A stretch of 64,000 nucleotides of DNA from Octopus sinensis. Lineage: Eukaryota. How positions within the stretch are numbered: the stretch's first letter is position 1; every line of letters starts with the position of its first letter. Where the stretch lies: positions 25,110,001-25,174,000 of the forward strand of contig NC_043009.1 of the NCBI RefSeq assembly GCF_006345805.1, in the 5' to 3' direction. Of the stretch, positions 38,060-49,513 are shown in pieces. The translations under genes were made by a program, and so were the position numbers. The notes under the pieces are model-generated. The model saw nothing but the letters and a program-made list of their open reading frames with translations. It was not told the DNA's origin and made no database searches.

Positions 38060-38730
38060 GACAATACCGATGGTGGTGGCGGTGGTAGTGGTAGTGGTGG
38101 TGGTGGTGGTGGTGGTGGTGGTGGTGATGGTGGCGGTGGTCATGGCAGTGATGGTTGTTGTATTCGTGTTGGTAGTGGTGGTGGTGGTGGTGGTGGTAAC
38201 AGTGATGGTGATGGAGGTGGTATTGGTGGTGGTTGTGGTGGTGGTGGTGTTGGTGATAATGATGGTGGTGGCGGTGGTGGTGGTGGTGGTGGTGTTGGTG
38301 GTGGTATTTCTGAGTGACGGCGAAGACAACGATTATGCAGACAAATGGCGGCAGTGGTGGTGCCGTTATTGACGATGGTGATGATGATGAGGAGGAGGAT
38401 GAGGATGAGGATGGGGAGGAGGATGAGGATGAGGATGGGGAGGAAGAGGGGGAGGAGAGGGGATAATGAAAACGATGATAGTAGTGGTGGTTGTGATGCT
38501 GGTGATGATAAGGATGATGACGACGACGATGGCGACGACTGTAATGAAGACGACGAGGACGATGAAGATGATGACGGTGATGATGATGATGATGATGATG
38601 ATGATTATGATGATGTTGTTTGTGGTTGCCGCAATGATGATGCTAGCAGTAGCAACGATGAATAATAACGCTGATGGAGGCGGTGGAGTTGCTGCTGCTG
38701 TTGCTGCTGCTGCTGTTGCTGTTGCCGGTG
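38060..38730. repeat. (GGT)n/(GAT)n/(GCT)n compound low-complexity tract
   Basis: Direct observation. Confidence 0.9.
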
Positions 38731-38975
38731 GTGTTGGTGGTACCGATGCAATATAAACTTTAATTAGTACAAAACCCGTAAATGGGTAGGTTGGTAGGTG
38801 GGAGAGTGGGCGGGCGGATGGGAGTCGGGTGGGTTTGTGTTGTTTATTTTCTTAATGGAAATGGCGACCAATGAATAAATAAATACAGAAATTAACAGAA
38901 AGAAAAGAGGCGTAGAAACACACACAAATGCAGTATAGCGTGTGTATGATGGGGAGGGGAGGAAACACATATGCG

Positions 38976-39007
<32 letters not shown>

Positions 39008-40185
39008 TACTACTCGTATAAATTGTGTGTGTAGGTATGTATATGTATATGTATATGTATCTACGTATATGTGTATATATGTATGTATGCTTGTATATAT
39101 ATATATATATATAATATATATATATATACACACATACTACTCGTATAAATTGTGTGTGTAGGTATGTTATATTTATGTATTATGTATCTACGTATATGTG
39201 TATATATGTATGTATGCTTGTATATATTATATATATTATATATATAATATATAATACATGTATATATATATATATATATATCTATTTGTAAGTATGTATG
39301 TATGTATGCATGTAAGTATATGGCAAATGAAAGATGGAAGATGGAATATAGATAGATAGATAGATAGATAATATTATATATACATGTATATATATATATA
39401 TACATGTATATATATATATATATATATACGTGCGTACACATTTACATTGGTTCATATATTATCGTGAGTGCGTGCGTGCATCTGTATGTGTGTGCGTGTG
39501 TTTACAAACAAATAAACAGCCGAGAAAACGAATTAAAAATCAAAACAACGTAGATCGCCAACTTCAAAGGAGTTGGGTTCGGTTTTCCTTAAAACGAATG
39601 CTCCCTCTCACTTGCAAAACTTTCTTAATATTCCGACATGAGAAAAGAAAAATCCCGAAAAAAAAAAACAAAAAAAAACGAAATATAAAAACATGTTTGA
39701 AAATAGAAATAACACAAACCCGAAACCTAAACAAATTACAACAACCACTACAAATGTTTAACAACAATGAAAGCTTTCTCTTTCATCCGAAGAAACTTGA
39801 TACTGAGATTAAAGGCAGATATTTTTTGAATATTAATGACCGCCGTAGCCCCAGTATGGCCGCAGACAAGTGGATCAAACCAGTGAAAAATAGTGAAACA
39901 AAGATCCAGTTTACGCTGGTGTGAGAACGGTTTTAATAAAAGTTTCTCATAAAGCGGAAAAGGCGGTGTGTTGGTATAATTATTAGCGTGTCGGTTCAGA
40001 TGCACAGCGGCATTTCTTCCGGCATTTTATGTTCTGAATCCGAATCGCATGCAGGTGGATTTTCATTGACTTTCATCGCTTCAGGGTTGATAAAATGAAG
40101 AAGCAATCAAGTAATCGATTTGTCCCTTGCTCACAAAATTGCTGTCTTTAAACCCTTTCTCGGACTGACGTCCTGTTCAGCGGTG

Positions 40186-40406
40186 TAAAGTCCGATCGAA
40201 AAGTATCGGGGCAGTTGTTATGGTAACGGAGCTAAAGTATGCAATGTGAAGTCGCTTGGCACAGATTAACCCTGAATTCTGTTGCGCATGTGCATTAAGT
40301 TTAACGTTTTCGCTCGTTTCCGTTATAGCAGTTAAGTGTGTAGAGTGTAGTCGTTTTACTACACCACAGAGGTTTCATTAGTGACCGTGGCAGAGACAAT
40401 GTGTCT

Positions 40407-40453
<47 letters not shown>

Positions 40454-40813
40454 CGAATGAGCGACTGAGAGCGTATGTGAGCGAATGAGTGAGTGAGTGA
40501 ATGAGTGAGTGAGTGAATGAGTGCGTGGAAAGAGACAAAGCTTAAAAGTTATTATAACCAAAAATCGTTCCAAGTATCAAATCCCACTTGAAAAGAACAA
40601 GATTTCAAGACTTCGAAGAAATCCAAGAGAATGCGACGAGGCAGCTGCTTTCGATCCCAAGGAAGGAGTTCTTGAAATGCTTCTTCGAACGACTCAAGAT
40701 AGAGTGTATGACTTCAGAAGGGAACAACTGCGAAGGAAATTAAGTACCGAATTAATATGTGTTGTAGTTTTGTTGTTACAGAACCAGTCCTGATACTTTT
40801 TGATCAAAGCTCG
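40186..40813 (+). mobile_element. Internally deleted mariner element with an internal (GT)n/(GAGT)n tract
   Basis: Degenerate TIR pair gatcgaaaagtatcgggg (40194) and cctgatactttttgatcaaagctcg|TA (40789-40815); 40570-40745 translates to a mariner-like C-terminus KSHLKRTRFQDFEEIQENATRQLLSIPRKEFLKCF. Confidence 0.65.
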
Positions 40814-41028
40814 TAAAAGTGAGGCATTTGTCATGCTTTCTGCAAATAATAGTCAAGATTTTCGTATTTGGTTTGTAAGACTTCTGATGTGATCACATAT
40901 GCCGAAACAGATGTTGCTAACGAACCTAATTCATGGAATGATTGGCCGAACAATTAATCAAGCAATCGATTATTAAATTTATTGGCTAAATAATTAACTA
41001 GTTAACAAAAATACAACCATTGCGTATA

Positions 41029-42322
41029 CAGTTGCGGCCAAAATGTTCAGAACGGCATTGATTTCGCCAGAAAAGTATGTATAAGTTTTTATCAAAGTTG
41101 TTTTATATTCTATAATTTTCACAGACAATAAATACGATATTAATTGTTATTGTCTGAGATTTTGGTGTAATTGGAGAGGATAATACAAAAGTTATGGATG
41201 ATTTAGTGATTTACTGCAAAACCCATGGTGGCCAAAATGATCAGAACGGTTGCTTTTACTCCATGTTTTAGTATATTTAACCGGCGAACTCTAATGTTTT
41301 GAATTTGTTTACGTGATGGTTCGTTTACTAAACATTAGTAAGAATATCTGCAGTGTACTTTGTTTATATAATGCCACTTACTCCGTTACCAATTCGTCAG
41401 CAGATTATTAAGCTTCGAAAGAAGGATAATTTAAGTATTGGGTCTATTGCAAAGATTGTTAACAAGTCAAAAAGTGTTGTTCACAGTATTCTTAAGGTCT
41501 TCGATGATTGTGGTTAGTGTGAAGCAAGAAAGTCTACAGATAGGCCAAGAAAAATGACCAAGAGAGACGATCGTGCTATGGTAAAGTTGGTTAAAAAGGA
41601 CAGATTTAAAACTGCTGCTGCTGTTTCTCGGGAAATGAGCATTGTGCTGAAGAAAACGTTATCTCGAAAAACTGTGTCTCATCGTTTAGTTGAACATTAC
41701 CTACAAGCAAGATCACCTGATCAGCTCCAAAGATAAAAAAGTGTCGTCTTACCTTTGCAACCGAACATGTGTTGTGGTCTCAAGAAAAATGGCAAACGGT
41801 GCATTTCAGTGATGAATCTAAGTTTATGTTATTTGGCTCAGATGGGAAAAGTTGAAAAGTAGGTGAAAAATTGTCGACTAAATGCCTTAAGACTAGTGTT
41901 AAATTCGGTGGAGGAAGTGTCATGGTTTGGGGGATGATATCTGGAGATGGTGTGGGCTCTTTGGTGCGATTACACGGAAAGGTAAATGCAGGAGTTTATA
42001 AACAACTTGTAAAAGATCATGTCTTGCATGTGCTGAGAAATTCAACTAAGCGACCACCCATATTCATGCAGGACAATGCCCCATGTCACAAGGCTAAGGT
42101 GGTCATGAACTTCCTCAAGGTTGAAAAGGTTATTATTATGGATTGGCCTACTCAAAGCCCAGATCTCAATCCTATTAAAAATGTGTGGAATATTCTAGGA
42201 GAACGTTCGAAAGCCAGAAATCCTAAAACAACCGAGCAATTATGGAATGCCCTTCAGGAAGAATGGAATAAGATTATTGACTGTCGAAAACAATGCCGTT
42301 CTGAACATTTTGGCCGCAACTG
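41029..42322 (+). mobile_element. Tc1-family DNA transposon with perfect 32-bp TIRs and TA target duplication
   Basis: TA|CAGTTGCGGCCAAAATGTTCAGAACGGCATTG at 41029-41060 and its exact reverse complement at 42291-42322 followed by TA. Confidence 0.95.
41371..42280 (+). pseudogene. Tc1 DD34E-type transposase, disrupted
   Basis: MPLTPLPIRQQIIKL...; HTH region SRKTVSHRL; FSDESKF, KFGGGSVMVWG, FMQDNAPCH, WPTQSPDLNPIKNVW (catalytic E replaced by K); stops, frameshifts and a truncated C-terminus. Confidence 0.92.
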
Positions 42323-42574
42323 TATTTATTATAGGCGTAATGACCTTCCCGATACATTTTGATCAAACGTCGTATGTTGTGGTAACGGCTACACACCGGC
42401 ATGGAAACCGGGTATCAGGCCTTAAGAGTGGTAGGGCTCAGGAGGAAGGACTTTATAAGAAATTTCGCGGGTTGGGGGAAAGTGTTAATCGATTACATTG
42501 ACTCCAGTATATGAAAAGTACTTTATTTTATTGTTTCTTTATGTTTCGGCATTGATATTTTGGTCTTTTCTATT

Positions 42575-42735
42575 TCATTTAGCCATGGTTGTGATGTTAA
42601 TGAGCTTCCTTTACACCCTTGTGCCTTCGATTCAGTCCCACTGCGCGGAATCTTGGGCAAGGGTCTTCTTCTGTAGCCCTGGGCCGTCCAAAGCCTTGTC
42701 AGTGTAGTTGGGAGGCGGAAACTGAAAGTAGTCAG
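42575..42735 (+). mobile_element. SINE family A 5' part
   Basis: cgattcagtcccactgcgcggaatcttgggcaagggtcttc...ggaaactgaaag. Confidence 0.7.
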
Positions 42736-42756
42736 TCACACACACACACATAAATG

Positions 42757-42794
<38 letters not shown>

Positions 42795-43490
42795 CACACA
42801 CAAAATATGGGGGTTTAGTTCACAGGTGATCTAAACGACTAGGTACGCTGGGTAAGTGCTGTACATATGGATAAATAAATACATATATACATAAACACAC
42901 GCGCGCACACGCACGCACACACTCAAAAGCGCGCGCGCATATATATATATATATATATATATCTTTAAATGAGTGACATTCAGTAAAAATACTATAAAGT
43001 AAAGATTATTTGCCAAGATAATGTGGCATAACATGGGATGTATGGGGGTTAGTGGTATTAATTGAAAGGTTTGTAGTGTTCTGTATTATGTTATATATAT
43101 ATATATATATGTATATACAGATATATATATATATTCATGCACACACACATATATACATATATAGATGTGTAGTGTATTCTGAGTCACATTAGTAGCAACA
43201 TGGACTTTCTCCCTCTTCTTGCTCTATTAAAGAATTTGAGTAAAATTATATTAATGTGTCCAACTAATTAAAAATTCTATTTATTTATTTATGCAGCTGA
43301 GGATAGCCCTGCATTTAAATTGATGTAATGATTGCATTGTTGAATCAAATGGAGCCGCTTGAATCGGTCGTACTGCATCACCTCTTGATATCCTGTTGCT
43401 TACTTTCATTATATATGTATATCATTCGCCATGATAGATCGCTAGCCACAACACATTCTTTATTTTCGCTCCTTGTTTCTTTCTATGTTC

Positions 43491-43526
43491 CTTTATGTGG
43501 AAGAGCGTAGGCTCGAAACGTTAAAG
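43491..43526 (+). ncRNA. Minimal hammerhead relic with a mutated core
   Basis: CTTT-ATGTGGA-A-GAGC-GTAG-GCTC-GAAA-CG-TT^-AAAG: perfect 4-bp stems I and II, palindromic ACGT stem III, CUGANGA core degenerate. Confidence 0.4.
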
Positions 43527-43613
43527 ACTTTTATACTTCCCGAGCGTTAAACTAATACATCTTTTTGTTGTCTACACCACCTGTCTTCGTCTTTTATCTT
43601 TTTTGTGAATTCT

Positions 43614-43659
<46 letters not shown>

Positions 43660-43892
43660 TATTATATATATATATATATATAATTTATATTATATATATA
43701 TTTGCAAATAACACAAGGGCACTGAGATAGCGTCTAAAGTCCTTGGTGACGTTGATCGCCTGGGGCTAAAAGCATCAGTAAAACCCCACCCACCCCAGTG
43801 GTAGCCACATTCAGATGGCTAATACCCCTTACGTTATATATATATATATATATATATTCATAAATACGTAAATATGTATATGTAAATGTATA

Positions 43893-44040
43893 TACGACGG
43901 GCTTCTTTCAGTTTCCGTCCATCAAATCCGCTAAGAAGACATCGGTCGGCCCGATGCTATTGCAGACGACACTTGCCCAAGTGTCCGTGCAGTGGAAGTG
44001 AATCTAGGACTAAATGGTTGGGACGGAAGCTACTTGCTGC
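43893..44040 (-). mobile_element. SINE family A 5' half
   Basis: gacgggcttctttcagtttccgtc...gacacttgcccaagtgtccgtgcagtgg. Confidence 0.8.
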
Positions 44041-44329
44041 ATAGTTTGTTCCTCTCTTTTGACTGCAATAAAGAAAGACTCCAAAAGGCGCGCGCACACA
44101 CACACACAAGCACACTCACACACACACACACACACACAAGCACACTCACACATATACACATAACACAACCACCGCAAAATGAAAAGAACAAAAAAAAAAC
44201 ATTTGTATTTTATATGGAAGTTAATTTTGTTGGGAGAACAAGAAGATTGCTGGGATAATTTGGTCAGACAGCATTTATCTGATGGCCTCTCCACCGCCAC
44301 ACCTACCCTGCAAAAGTATATCGAAGGTG

Positions 44330-45200
44330 AGTGGTAGTCGCGGTGGTGGTGATGATGTTGGCGCTGTTGGTGGTGTGTGGTCGTCGTGGTGAAAGCGGGG
44401 TGGTGATGGTGTTAATGGTGAGTGCTGGCCGTGGTGTGTGGTGATGGTGAGTAGGGCGTCGAACTTTTTGTTGTTATTCATGATGGTGGTGGTGGTTGCG
44501 GTTCTAATGGTAGTAGTAGTAGTAGTGGTAGTGGTAGTGGCAGGAGTAGTAGTAGTGGTAGTAGTGGTAGTAGTAGTAGCAGTGGTAGTTGTAGTAGTAG
44601 TAGAAGTAGTAGTAGTAAAGTATAAGGGTAGTGTAGTGGTGGTGAGGTTGGTGTGTATGTGGTAAGGGTGGTGGATTGTGTCGAGTGATGGTGATGGTAA
44701 TGGTGGTGGTGGTGGTGGTAATGGTAACCGTGATGGTGGTGGTGGTGGTGGAGATGTGATTGGGAGAGATTTGTTAGGTTGTGATGGTGATGGTGTAGGG
44801 GGAGAGAGAAGGTAAAGAGAGAATTGGAGAGAGAGAGAGAAAGAAAGAGAGAGAGAGAAAGAAAGAAAGAAAGAGGGAGACAGAGAGAGAGAGAAAGACA
44901 GAGAGAGACAGACAGAGGGAGGGAGAGAGAGAAGGTAATGAGGTTGGTGATGGTCGTGATGATGGTGGAGGAACGAATCACATCGATGATAACACTGAGG
45001 ATGACATTTTATTGATAAGACGATAACAACGACAACGACGATGATATGACGACGACGACAATGATGGTGACGATGGCAATAAGAATGATAGCGACGACCA
45101 ACCACTATGACAACAACGATGGCGATATGAGTGGCGATGATAACGACGATGCGATGCGAATCAAAGTGATGAGAAAATACTTTATGAAATAGTGTTCTCG

Positions 45201-45251
<51 letters not shown>

Positions 45252-45305
45252 GTTGTTGTTGTTGTTGTTGTTGTTGGTTGTTGTTGTTGTTGTTGTTGTT
45301 ATCAT
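44330..45305. repeat. Compound (GGT)n/(GTA)n/(GA)n/(ACG)n/(ATT)n/(GTT)n tracts
   Basis: Direct observation. Confidence 0.9.
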
Positions 45306-45306
45306 T

Positions 45307-45520
45307 AAGGCGACGAGCTGCTAGAATCGTTAGCACGCCGAGCGAAATGCTTTAGCGGTATTTCATCTGCCGCTACGTTCTGAGTTCAAATTCCGCCGAG
45401 GTCGACTTTGCCTATCATCTTTTCGGGGTCGATAAATTAGGTACCAGAGAAACACTGGGGTCGATGTGATTGACTACTCCCCACTCCTGAAAAATTTCGG
45501 GCCTTGTGCCTATAGTAGGG

Positions 45521-45522
<2 letters not shown>
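45307..45522 (+). mobile_element. SINE family B between (GTT)n and (ATT)n
   Basis: aaggcgacgagctgctagaatcgttagc...ggccttgtgcctatagtagggattatt. Confidence 0.9.
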
Positions 45523-45590
<68 letters not shown>

Positions 45591-46211
45591 CATTGGGGAG
45601 AGAGCAACGCATACCATGAAAGTGACACTGGGGTACAAATATACGAAACCTAATATATCCATTATAACTACCCGTCTGATACTGGTGCACCAGGCATGCC
45701 AATATCTTCTGCTAGCACTCTCTACATGGAAGTTCTGGGCATGCCATGGCTAATGATGTGAAGACATGCGCTGAGGTAGCGGCATCTCCAGACATTCTGC
45801 CTAAACGGTGAACAGGTGTGGTTGCCGTTTGTCAAACAGGCTTTTCCCCAACTCGTCTCCTTGACTGAGCTGCAGTCTAGGGTCAAGGAGAGACCCAGAC
45901 AGGGTGTGTGGCATCTGGAATGCTGTTAGTCACTCATTGCACTCTACCACTCTAGCAGCAGCAGAGGTGGTTTCAACAGCAATGTTAGCAGCTAGTGGTT
46001 TCAACAGCAATGTTAGTAGACTTATCGATGGAGTGAATCCATAAGAAGAAAGCACAAGCAAAAAAGATATTTGTTTACATTTTAGAATGAATGAACCTGT
46101 ATGTGGTAGCTGTGCACAACAATATTTCGGGTAAAAGAACCCTTTTGAATAGTTCTGATCTGATGTGTGGTTGAGCGTGTCTTTTTCTTGTCCAATATAT
46201 TGCTAGTTACA

Positions 46212-46808
46212 AAAGCGGTGAGTTGGTAGAAACGTTAGCACGCTGGACGAAATGCTTAGTGGGGTTTCGTCTGGCTTTGCGTTTTGAGTTCAAATTCCGC
46301 CGAGGTCGACTTAGCCTTTCATCCTTTCGAGCGCGATAAATTAAGTACCAGTTGCATGCTGGGGGTCAATCTAATCGACTGGTCCCATTCCCCTAAAATT
46401 TCGGGTCTTGTGCCTAGAGTAGATCAGAACATATTGCTAGTTATAAAGGCAGCGAGCTGGCAGAATCGTTAGCACGCCGGGCGAAGCCGTTACGTTCTGA
46501 GTTCAAATTTCGCCGGGGTCGACTTTGCCCTTCATCCTTTCGGGGTCGATAAATTAAGTACCAGTCACGCACTAGGGTCGATGTAATCGACTTAATCCGT
46601 TTGTTTGTTTTTGTTTGTCCCCTCTGTGTTTAGCCCCTGGTGGTAATAAAGAAATAGGCATTTCGTCTGGCTTTACTTTCTGAGTTCAAATACCGCCGAG
46701 GTCGACTTCCGGGCGCGATAAATTAAATACCAGTTGTGTACTGGGTTCAATCTAATCGACTGGCCCCTCCCAAAAATTTTGGACATTGTGCCTAGAGTAG
46801 AAAAGAAT
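46212..46808 (+). mobile_element. Head-to-tail stack of three SINE family B units
   Basis: Three gagttcaaat B-box bodies; the motif ATTGCTAGTTA occurs at 46199, 46433 and 46811. Confidence 0.9.
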
Positions 46809-47208
46809 GCATTGCTAGTTATACAGCGAACATTCCAGTTTAGAAAACTTCATAATAGGAATTTATTTTGTTATCAGAAATATTTATTTGATAAGGAACG
46901 AAAAAAAAGCAAAAGAAAAATTGGAGCGGGGTGGGGAGGAATCAATGGGACTGAACCCGGAACTATGTGGCTAAGAAGCAGACTTCTTACCACAGACCCA
47001 TACCGGCTAGAATTTTAAAAAAACCAGCCGGTTATTTTGCTTAAACTTCCGGGTGGTTTACTTATCGGTATACTCACTGGATATGAACATATAAAGATAC
47101 CATTGTGCGTCATGATTGGCTTGCCTGTCGTTATTTCTGGTGTCATGTCATGGTGTGATGGAGATGAGAGATAAAATGCCTTCTCTCACACTACCACTAT
47201 TACTATCG

Positions 47209-47590
47209 TGGAGGTCAATGGCTGAGTGGTTAGAGCAGTGGACACGCGGTTGTAGGATTACGGTTTCGATTCCCAGACCAGGCGCTGTGAGTGTTTATTG
47301 AACGAAAACACCTAAAACTCCACGTGGATCCGGCAGAGTATGGTGGCGAACCCTGCCGTACTCTTTCACCACAACTTTCTCTCACTCTTTCTTTCTGTTT
47401 CTGTTGTATCTGTATTTCAAAGGGGCCAGCCTTGTTACAACTTGTGTCACAATGAATCTCCCCAAGAACTACATTAAGGGTGCACGTATCCGTGGAGTGC
47501 TCAGCCACTTGCACGTTAATTTCACGAGCAGGCTGTTCCGTTGATCGGATCAACTGGAACCCGCGTTGTCGCAACCGACGGAGCACCACA
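47209..47590 (+). mobile_element. SINE family C, near full length
   Basis: tggctgagtgg A-box, gtttcgattcc B-box, body shared with 28094. Confidence 0.9.
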
Positions 47591-47728
47591 AACTATTACC
47601 AAACTATGCATGTATTTATACATGTTTGTATGCATGTAGCAGTTGATCCACCAAATGATGTAAATTGTAGAACTCAATACAAATGTAAGAGTATTCTTTA
47701 ATATTTTATTACTGAAAGACTCTGATTT

Positions 47729-47767
47729 CCAATACTCAGAGTTTCTTCACTTCCGATCATCAGCTGG
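47729..47767 (-). ncRNA. Minimal type I hammerhead ribozyme candidate
   Basis: Minus strand CCAG-CTGATGA-TCGGAAGTGAA-GAAA-CTCTGAG-TA^-TTGG: intact core, 4-bp stem I with one GU pair, near-palindromic stem III, GUA triplet, weak stem II. Confidence 0.5.
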
Positions 47768-47817
47768 TAAACTGCTCCTAGTTTACTTGTGAAATATCCA
47801 CTGTCTTTTATCTTTAA

Positions 47818-48185
47818 TCTTTTATCTTTTGCTCGTTTCAGTCATTTGACTGCGGCCATGCTAGAGCACCGCCTTGAAGAGCTTTTAGTCGAACAAATCA
47901 ACCCCAGTGCTTGGTTTCTTTTTAAAACCTGTTCCTTATTGTATCAGTCTCTGTGGCCGAAACATTAAGTTACGAAGACGTAAACAAACTAGCATCGGTT
48001 CTCAAGTAGTGTTCGGGGACAAACAAACACAAACACCGGCACACACACACACACACACACATACGAAGGACTTCTTTCAGTTTCCTTCTCCCAAATCCAC
48101 TCTCAAGGCTTTGGCTGACCTGAGGCTATTGCAGAAGACTCTTGTGGTTGGGAAGCCAGCTTCTTACCACATAGCCACGCCGGCC
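47818..48185 (-). mobile_element. SINE family A with a central deletion
   Basis: tttcagtcatttgactgcggccatgctagagcaccgcctt (reverse tail) through cttcttaccacatagccacg (reverse head). Confidence 0.88.
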
Positions 48186-48489
48186 GGCACTTGAATATTT
48201 TTTGATACTACTACTACTACTAGCCGGAAACTGTGTGGAATCTTTTTGGCTAAATTATACCCTTAATTTAAGATATCAGGCTCGTCACACCCTGTCCCGC
48301 TGAATCTCTCTGGAAATTACGTTAAGGGTGTACGTGTTTACGGAGTACTCAGCCACTTACGTGTTAAGTTAAAAATTAGGTAATCACACAGTTGATCGAA
48401 CAAGTGAATTACTCATCGTCGAAATCGACGGTGAACCAATTTACCTTTTACAGAAATGCTTTGTCTAGATGTCTGGAGTCGATTGGGAT

Positions 48490-49200
48490 GGGAAGAGTAG
48501 AAGTGGTTGTGGTGGTGGAGAAGGTGGTGGTGGTGGAGGGGTAGAGGATAAGTTGTTGTTGGTGGTGGTAGGTATTGTAGGGGTGACGGTGGTTGTGGCA
48601 GTGCTGGAGGTGTTAGCAGTGGTGTTGGTAGTGTTGGGGGTGCCATCAGTGGTAGAGGCGATGGTAGTGATGTTGACAGTAGTGGTGGCGGCGGTGATGG
48701 TGGCGGTGGTAGGGATGGTGATGAGGTTACAATAATTAAGAGATCTGAAGGTGCGAGTTCGGAAGATGACCGTGTAGTGGCAATAGTAGTGGTGGTGGAG
48801 GTGATGGTTGCGTTATTAATGGTGGTAGTGGTAGTGGTGGTGGTGGTGGTGGTGGTGGTTGTGGTGTCGATGCTAGTGTTGGTATGGTGGGGTTGGTGGC
48901 GTTAGTGGTGGTGGTGGTGCGGTGACGGTGTTGGTGGGGGTGATGATAGGGCGGAGACTCTCACAATATAAGGCGCGAGGAGGAGGAAGCTGCAGATAAT
49001 GGTAGCGGCGGTGGTGGTGGTGTTGATGTTAGTGGTGGTGATGGTGGTGCTGTTGGTGGTGGAGTTATTGGTTGTCATCTGAGCCACGTTGATCGTGATG
49101 GTGTTGGTGATGGTGATCGTAATGGCGGTGGTGGTGATGGTGGTGGTGGCAGTGGTGGTGGTGGTAGTGGCGGTGGTAGTAGGAGGTAGTGTGACGTTGT
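48490..49200. repeat. (GGT)n-rich low-complexity tract
   Basis: Direct observation. Confidence 0.85.
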
Positions 49201-49513
49201 TGATGGTGTCAAAGTCCACCAAGACGATGTCAAGACAATGAATTATAATGATGAAAATTGGGACATCATCTTTTATTATCATGTTTATTAATATTTGTGG
49301 GAGGAGGGGCCCTACCTCGACCCACCACTCCACTCCTCCATCTTCAAACTCCTACTTCCCCTCCCCTCTTTCTCTTCACATGTTTTTCTGTTCTTTGGGT
49401 TTTTTTCTAGGTCTCTCCTACTTCCTATCCTGGTTTCCCATCCTCCTCCTTCCTACATTGTACACCTCCACTTTCACTACTCTCCAGTTGCATATATATA
49501 TATATATATATAT

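Noticed and set aside
38990-39250. 127-bp tandem duplication
   Set aside because: Real, but a simple slippage or unequal-exchange duplication of microsatellite-rich DNA with no further structure
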